Below, one piece after another: positions 59,607 through 64,000 of a stretch of DNA of 64,000 nt. Position numbers and translations under genes: made by a program. A model generated the notes under the pieces. That model was given only the letters and a program-made list of their open reading frames with translations. It made no database searches and had not been told where the DNA came from. Position 1 is the first letter of the stretch. Every line of letters starts with the position of its first letter. The DNA comes from a virus. The stretch covers positions 32,001-96,000 of IMG/VR virus record IMGVR_UViG_3300021138_000007; one strand, given 5' to 3'.

Positions 59607-59849
59607 GTGCTGAGGACGCAGGGAAGTTATAAGTTTGCTGACACAAAAGAAACAGCAGAGTTTTGGGGATTCCTGCCTTTCTCTTACTGTTGTCAGGCTA
59701 TTAGAGACAATGTTATAATTCACGAAGCACGATATGAAATTTTTTGTCGTTCTCTAAATGATTTTGTAGCTATTGTTAAGATATGGAATGCTTTAGGAGA
59801 AATCAAGACAAAATACAGTACGATTCAATGGAGATATACGATTTGTTAG
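59607..59849 (+). CDS. Small leaderless hypothetical gene
   Basis: GGTATAAT-aaatac then ATT/GTG, the same geometry as the genes at 61114 and 63176. Confidence 0.45.
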   Translation: MLRTQGSYKFADTKETAEFWGFLPFSYCCQAIRDNVIIHEARYEIFCRSLNDFVAIVKIWNALGEIKTKYSTIQWRYTIC

Positions 59850-59948
59850 AGTGTTACTCTAACTCACTTCTTGCGATGGCATAGTATCGCAAGAAGTGAG
59901 TTAACTCCAACCCCTCAAACAAGCCCGTTGAAAAACGGGCCTTTATTG
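59838..59948 (+). repeat. Three-hairpin element, copy A
   Basis: Homologous to 61260-61363; GGCATAGT loop on an 18-bp stem; GCCCGTT/AACGGGC hairpin. Confidence 0.85.
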
Positions 59949-60046
59949 AAATAAGAGTCTTATCGTAATTTTTAAGACTCTAAAGAAAATTCGAAAAATT
60001 ATTCGAAAAATGCTCGATTTTTGTTTAGACCGTGGTATACTTATTA

Positions 60047-60209
60047 AGTCAACGATAAAGGTTGACATCGTTCAAAAGTCCATCTTAGGATGGCATTCGT
60101 CAACACAACATACGGGAAGCGCGTCCCGTAACGTGATCAACAGCTAGGTGCGAAAAAGGGCCTCACCTTGAGTCTTCTGTCAAAAGCAGAAGGAGGCCCT
60201 TTTTCTTTT
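60047..60209 (+). ncRNA. Candidate structured small RNA
   Basis: TGGTATACT extended -10 upstream, four hairpins, GC stem with U-tract, no credible ORF. Confidence 0.5.
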
Positions 60210-60304
60210 GCATTTTTATATAAATAAACGTCCCATCATGAATTTTAAGACGTAAAATAAATTGCTGATTTTTCCGCTTGCTATAAAAATAGCAATAAAA
60301 ACAC

Positions 60305-60332
60305 TTGACTTTTTAGTGTTTAGTAGTATACT
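60305..60332 (+). promoter_or_regulatory. Sigma70-type (putative early) promoter
   Basis: TTGACT-N16-TATACT; near-identical copy at 62418-62445. Confidence 0.75.
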
Positions 60333-60363
60333 AGGCTATCGCTGAGGCGAGGGAGTAAAACAG

Positions 60364-60939
60364 ATGTTTATGAAACGCGACAAGTCCGACGATTTACAGA
60401 ATGCCGCTTGTAATATCTTTGGATACAATGGTACTAAATTGAAAGCTGAGTTGGCTAAGGACAATATCGTTCAGTTGACTGACATGTATTGGCATGGTGG
60501 TACTAAAAGTTTCTATGCCATTATTGAATTGGCAACGATGAATTCAGTACCTTTGCCAAGTTTTCATCCTATGTTTGACGGTCAAGTACTTCCTGATAAG
60601 GTGGAACTTAAACCAGGATACGTACTGGTTCGCCATATTAAATTCTGCGGAAGTGATTTAGGACTTGAGTTTATCGTTCATGCTGACGACTGGAAGAATT
60701 ACGAACTTCCAGTACCCACCGAACTGAATAGGGATCAAAAGGTAGTACTTCTTTGTACTAAGTGCTATATTTCAAGTTATAGGCGCGAAGAAGCCAAAAG
60801 GTACGGTATTAAGGATTTTGACGCGATTAAGTCAGAGTTAATCGCTAAAGGACTTTTGTCCAAAATCGGAGCACTCACCGTAGAAGGTAAAAATGTTGCC
60901 AGTACTTTAGGCGACATCTATTCCTACTCTAAAAGATAA
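60364..60939 (+). CDS. Cassette gene, hypothetical (YWxGG motif, possible C-terminal winged helix)
   Basis: GGGAG SD, own promoter, terminator at about 60949-60979. Confidence 0.8.
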   Translation: MFMKRDKSDDLQNAACNIFGYNGTKLKAELAKDNIVQLTDMYWHGGTKSFYAIIELATMNSVPLPSFHPMFDGQVLPDKVELKPGYVLVRHIKFCGSDLGLEFIVHADDWKNYELPVPTELNRDQKVVLLCTKCYISSYRREEAKRYGIKDFDAIKSELIAKGLLSKIGALTVEGKNVASTLGDIYSYSKR

Positions 60940-61113
60940 GTACTAAAATAAAAGGGAAGGATATTCATCTTCCCTTTTATTTTACGTCTTAAAATCTATG
61001 ACGGGACGATTATTGTAATAAAATTAAAAAAGTATTTTCACTATGGGATTTATTGTTATTATAAAAACAACTTTTATTATACTCTTAAACGTGTTTGAGG
61101 GTATAATAAATAC

Positions 61114-61257
61114 ATGACGAATGAGGAGTTAGTAACAGAACTTCTGAAACTTAATCCTAAAGCAAAAATCAAGATTTTATCTTTGGATAGCATTGATAAT
61201 CATGATTTGGTTAAGATTTATGGAGAACAAGATGTTATTATATTCGATCATCAATAA
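61114..61257 (+). CDS. Small leaderless gene, 47 aa (MTNEELVTELLKLNPKAKI...)
   Basis: GGTATAAT-aaatac-ATG; manual translation. Confidence 0.65.
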   Translation: MTNEELVTELLKLNPKAKIKILSLDSIDNHDLVKIYGEQDVIIFDHQ

Positions 61258-61259
61258 AA

Positions 61260-61363
61260 ACGATTTGTTAGAGTAACACTCTAACGCACATCTTGTGATT
61301 GGCATAGTAGTCACAAGTTAACTCCAACCCTCAAACAAGCCCGTTGAAAACGGGCCTTTATTG
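61260..61363 (+). repeat. Three-hairpin element, copy B
   Basis: Homologous to 59838-59948 with changed but still paired stem. Confidence 0.85.
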
Positions 61364-61525
61364 CATTTAGAGTCCCGTCATGAATTTTAAGACGTAAAAT
61401 AAATTGCTGATTTTTGAACAAGTTATTGATACTTGAAAATTGCTCGATTTCCAACAAGAAAATACGTTTACCCTATATGGTAAACTATATGCGTCTGTGC
61501 CATGAGGGGCCAACAGGGAGTTAAA

Positions 61526-62278
61526 ATGCAAGTTTTAGATATTAACCTTTCGTCAACGATTAACCAGTTTGTAGAATTTGGTGAGGTTGCTATGGAGTCC
61601 GTAGAAACCGCCGTAAAGCGGTTTGCTGGGTTGAATCTGTACTTGAAGGTATCCAACTACTCTGAAGGCGGATACGACGACGAAACAGGCAGGGAGTGGC
61701 CTTCAGGGTGGAACTCTGAAACAGCTCCGTATGACGTTAAAAACGTAGTATGGCACTGTCTTGGATTGTCCCATATGGACACTGATGCTTTTCGAGAGGA
61801 GTTCGAGTCGTGGGCTACCGCGACTGAACAGGAGTTTCTTGCGTCTGCCATCCGATGTATAGCCTATGACGATGAGAACATTCAGGCTGAATTCTTGACC
61901 CCTGAACAGTTTCAGGAACAGGAACAAGCTGAATTCGTTCGACGTATGAACCTTGAGCGAGATCGGTACGAACCTATCGCTTGTCGGTTCGCTCACAAGC
62001 ATGGAGTTAAATTTGGTACTCCCGAATTTATGTCCAAGTTGGCAGATGCTTTAAGTACTGCCGAAGAAGATGAGCAGGAACGAAGGCATGGCATGAGGGA
62101 GGACGGTTTGTGCTGTACTGGGTACGGTTTTGGTAGCGCGGCTGTAAACGAATGGTACGATTCGTACAATACTCGTTTACCTGAACTCGTCGAACTTGAG
62201 GGACTTATGGAATGGATTCAAGAATTCCAACCGCTTTTGTATTCTGTTTGGGAGTCCAGTAGACTACAAACAGCATAG
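61526..62278 (+). CDS. Cassette gene, highly acidic hypothetical protein
   Basis: GGGAG SD before ATG 61526; terminator at 62291-62322. Confidence 0.8.
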   Translation: MQVLDINLSSTINQFVEFGEVAMESVETAVKRFAGLNLYLKVSNYSEGGYDDETGREWPSGWNSETAPYDVKNVVWHCLGLSHMDTDAFREEFESWATATEQEFLASAIRCIAYDDENIQAEFLTPEQFQEQEQAEFVRRMNLERDRYEPIACRFAHKHGVKFGTPEFMSKLADALSTAEEDEQERRHGMREDGLCCTGYGFGSAAVNEWYDSYNTRLPELVELEGLMEWIQEFQPLLYSVWESSRLQTA

Positions 62279-62417
62279 TCTAAAGTACTCAATAACTAGG
62301 AATGTAAAAATTCCTAGTTATTGTTAATATATTAAAAAAAGTGTCCCGTTATGAATTTTAAGACGTAAAATAAATTGCTGATTTTTGAGTAAGCTGTAAA
62401 GATAGCAATAAAAGCAC

Positions 62418-62445
62418 TTGACTTTTTAGAGAATAGTAGTATACT
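62418..62445 (+). promoter_or_regulatory. Sigma70-type (putative early) promoter
   Basis: TTGACT-N16-TATACT. Confidence 0.75.
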
Positions 62446-62475
62446 AAGTTATCGCTTTGAGGGCGATATGGAGTA

Positions 62476-62922
62476 ATGAAAATGTTTGATCGTTTAACAG
62501 AAACCGCGCTGGTGCCTTTCACTAATGATGAACTGAATCTTCTTTTGGATCGTCACTATGGAGTCGAAAGGAGTGACGACGACGGCAAGTCGATTATCAC
62601 TGATATTTGGGATGCTGTAGCCCCTTATACAGACGTATATGCAACACTGACACACTATCACATGACGGATTGGGAACCCGCTGAGGGTGGCTGTGGCATT
62701 TGGAAGGCAGTGGAGCAAAAAGCATGGCGCGTCGATGGCACTGTTACAGAAGACGATCTGGATGCCATTAGGGACGCAATCTTGTCTTCTCTAACAGACG
62801 TGCGAACCAACGAGCAAGGTGAAATCGTAGGGTACTCAAACGACGGCGAAAAAGGTTCGTTTTCTGTTTACTTCACCGTCGGACGACCTTACGCACATAT
62901 CCCCTATTTCGGATACTGCTAA
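62476..62922 (+). CDS. Cassette gene, acidic hypothetical protein
   Basis: GGAG SD (start may be the second Met); terminator at 62926-62959. Confidence 0.8.
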   Translation: MKMFDRLTETALVPFTNDELNLLLDRHYGVERSDDDGKSIITDIWDAVAPYTDVYATLTHYHMTDWEPAEGGCGIWKAVEQKAWRVDGTVTEDDLDAIRDAILSSLTDVRTNEQGEIVGYSNDGEKGSFSVYFTVGRPYAHIPYFGYC

Positions 62923-63175
62923 GAGTTAAAAGCAAGGGAAGTAATTTCCTTGCTTTTAATTTGTGTCTTAAAATTCATGACGGGACGCTTTTTGTAAAAA
63001 AGTTAAAATTAATTATTTTTAACCATTATAATTTATTGTTATTTAAAATAGTAATAAAACGTTGTTTTATATCAATAATGGTATGATTTGTCGATTCATT
63101 CTCTAAATGATTATTTTGCCTATATTTTAGCAATAAATCGTGGATATTATTTAGAGAGTGTGATATAATAAAGAC

Positions 63176-63316
63176 ATGAAAAAGTTTATTCTTCATTGGA
63201 AAGACGGAAAGAAAGAAGAAGTGACTGGCAATGATATTGCTAGTGCCTTTAGCAATGCGGGATATTCTCAAGGCGCGATTAGAGCCTTGGATTATTACGA
63301 AGAAGTCAAGAACTAA
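63176..63316 (+). CDS. Small leaderless gene, 46 aa (MKKFILHWKDGKKEEVTG...)
   Basis: TGATATAAT-aaagac-ATG; terminator hairpin at about 63324-63357. Confidence 0.7.
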   Translation: MKKFILHWKDGKKEEVTGNDIASAFSNAGYSQGAIRALDYYEEVKN

Positions 63317-63537
63317 TATGAACTAAAAATAACATTTAGAGATAGATGTTATTTTTATTATAATGCATTTAGAGTCCCGTCATGAATTTTAAGATGTAAA
63401 ATAAAATTAAAGATATTGCTTAAATTTTAGCTCGATTTATTACTACTCGAAAATTGCTCGAAAAATGTTCGAAAACACTCGATTTTTGCCAGCATATACG
63501 GTATTATATAAGAACATAAGGATACGGAGAACAGTAA

Positions 63538-64000
63538 ATGACTACAACTGAAATCGCTACCGCACTTGAATCCAAACCGAAGGGTTCCATTTTTACTCTG
63601 GTTGTTACACGCGCAGGCAAGGTGCGAAAGTCTTATGACGGTAAACCTATCACCAAGACTTCGATCATGCAGGGAATGACAAACGTCAACTATGCTGATC
63701 GTAAACCAGTACGTGAAGCCGTCGCCAACGAGGAAAGGGATGCTCCCGAACTTCCATCCCATATTGAGGATACCTTTATGGTATCTAAGACACGATTCTG
63801 GAAGGGTAAGAACGGTAAGGAGTATTTTCCTGTCTGTCTGACTGGTAATAAGCCGCAAGCACAATGGTACTTGGATGGTGAACCAGTGGACTTGGATACC
63901 ATTAAGGATCATCTTTTGGCTTCCGAGTACGCCGAACGAAAGGACAAGGAAACCACTGAGGACAAAGGTCAGGCCCTTTTCATCGGTGTCGAAGTTTCCA
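63538..64000 (+). CDS. Cassette gene, paralog family member 3 (runs off the window)
   Basis: Manual translation MTTTEIATALESKPKGSIFTL...KVRKSYDG...VREAVA...FWKG...WYLDG...DHLLA; GGAG SD. Confidence 0.85.
   Translation, partial: MTTTEIATALESKPKGSIFTLVVTRAGKVRKSYDGKPITKTSIMQGMTNVNYADRKPVREAVANEERDAPELPSHIEDTFMVSKTRFWKGKNGKEYFPVCLTGNKPQAQWYLDGEPVDLDTIKDHLLASEYAERKDKETTEDKGQALFIGVEVS

Larger units (their letters stand above)
58740..63405. repeat. Dispersed ~33-bp directional site, consensus CGTCCCRTCATGAATTTTAAGACGTAAAATAAA, about 10 copies in both orientations
   Basis: Plus copies at 58834, 59955 (variant), 60229, 61371, 62342, 63373; minus copies at 58740-58770 (partial), 59481-59512, 60976-61008, 62955-62987. 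Confidence 0.92.

Noticed and set aside
58740-63405. Repeats read as a CRISPR array or integron attC array
   Set aside because: Copies are hundreds of bp apart in both orientations and separated by whole genes. There are no cas or intI genes, no attC RYYYAAC/GTTRRRY ends, and the cassettes carry their own promoters
63427-63912. 161-aa minus-strand ORF
   Set aside because: Shadow of the plus-strand paralog starting at 63538
1-64000. Bacterial chromosome origin, tRNA genes or alternative genetic code
   Set aside because: Terminase, divergent replisome and phage-type gene density indicate a phage. No cloverleaf was seen in intergenic gaps, and long genes read through intact in code 11

Overview
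AT-rich segment of a very large tailed-phage (jumbo/huge phage) genome; there are no rRNA or tRNA genes and no housekeeping operons. From 1 to 39 kb, almost all on the minus strand, it carries a packaging and replication core. This includes an intein-interrupted large terminase (truncated by the window edge), three sigma-like factors, a bacterial-type replisome (DnaE, DnaN, DnaX, HolA, DnaB, a DnaC-like loader, a primase split into two genes, a putative SSB), RecA, RecJ and a split SbcC with SbcD. It also carries an intein-containing class II ribonucleotide reductase, dUTPase, dCMP deaminase, IF-3 with an AUU start and SpoVS. From 39 to 57.7 kb lie accessory and probable virion genes: Fic, a PD-(D/E)XK nuclease, an orphan BglII/BstYI-type endonuclease, a phosphatase, UDP-glucose dehydrogenase, a GNAT and a family of MWY-leader proteins. 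From 58 to 64 kb the organisation changes to an array of self-contained single-gene units delimited by about 10 copies of a directional, quasi-palindromic ~33-bp site in both orientations. That array has duplicated hairpin elements, a candidate sRNA, three paralogs of one gene and GTAC enrichment, and is the best candidate for an undescribed system. Three promoter classes can be read from the DNA, and RGATCY appears to be absent from the window. All calls come from motif recognition by eye; no searches were run.
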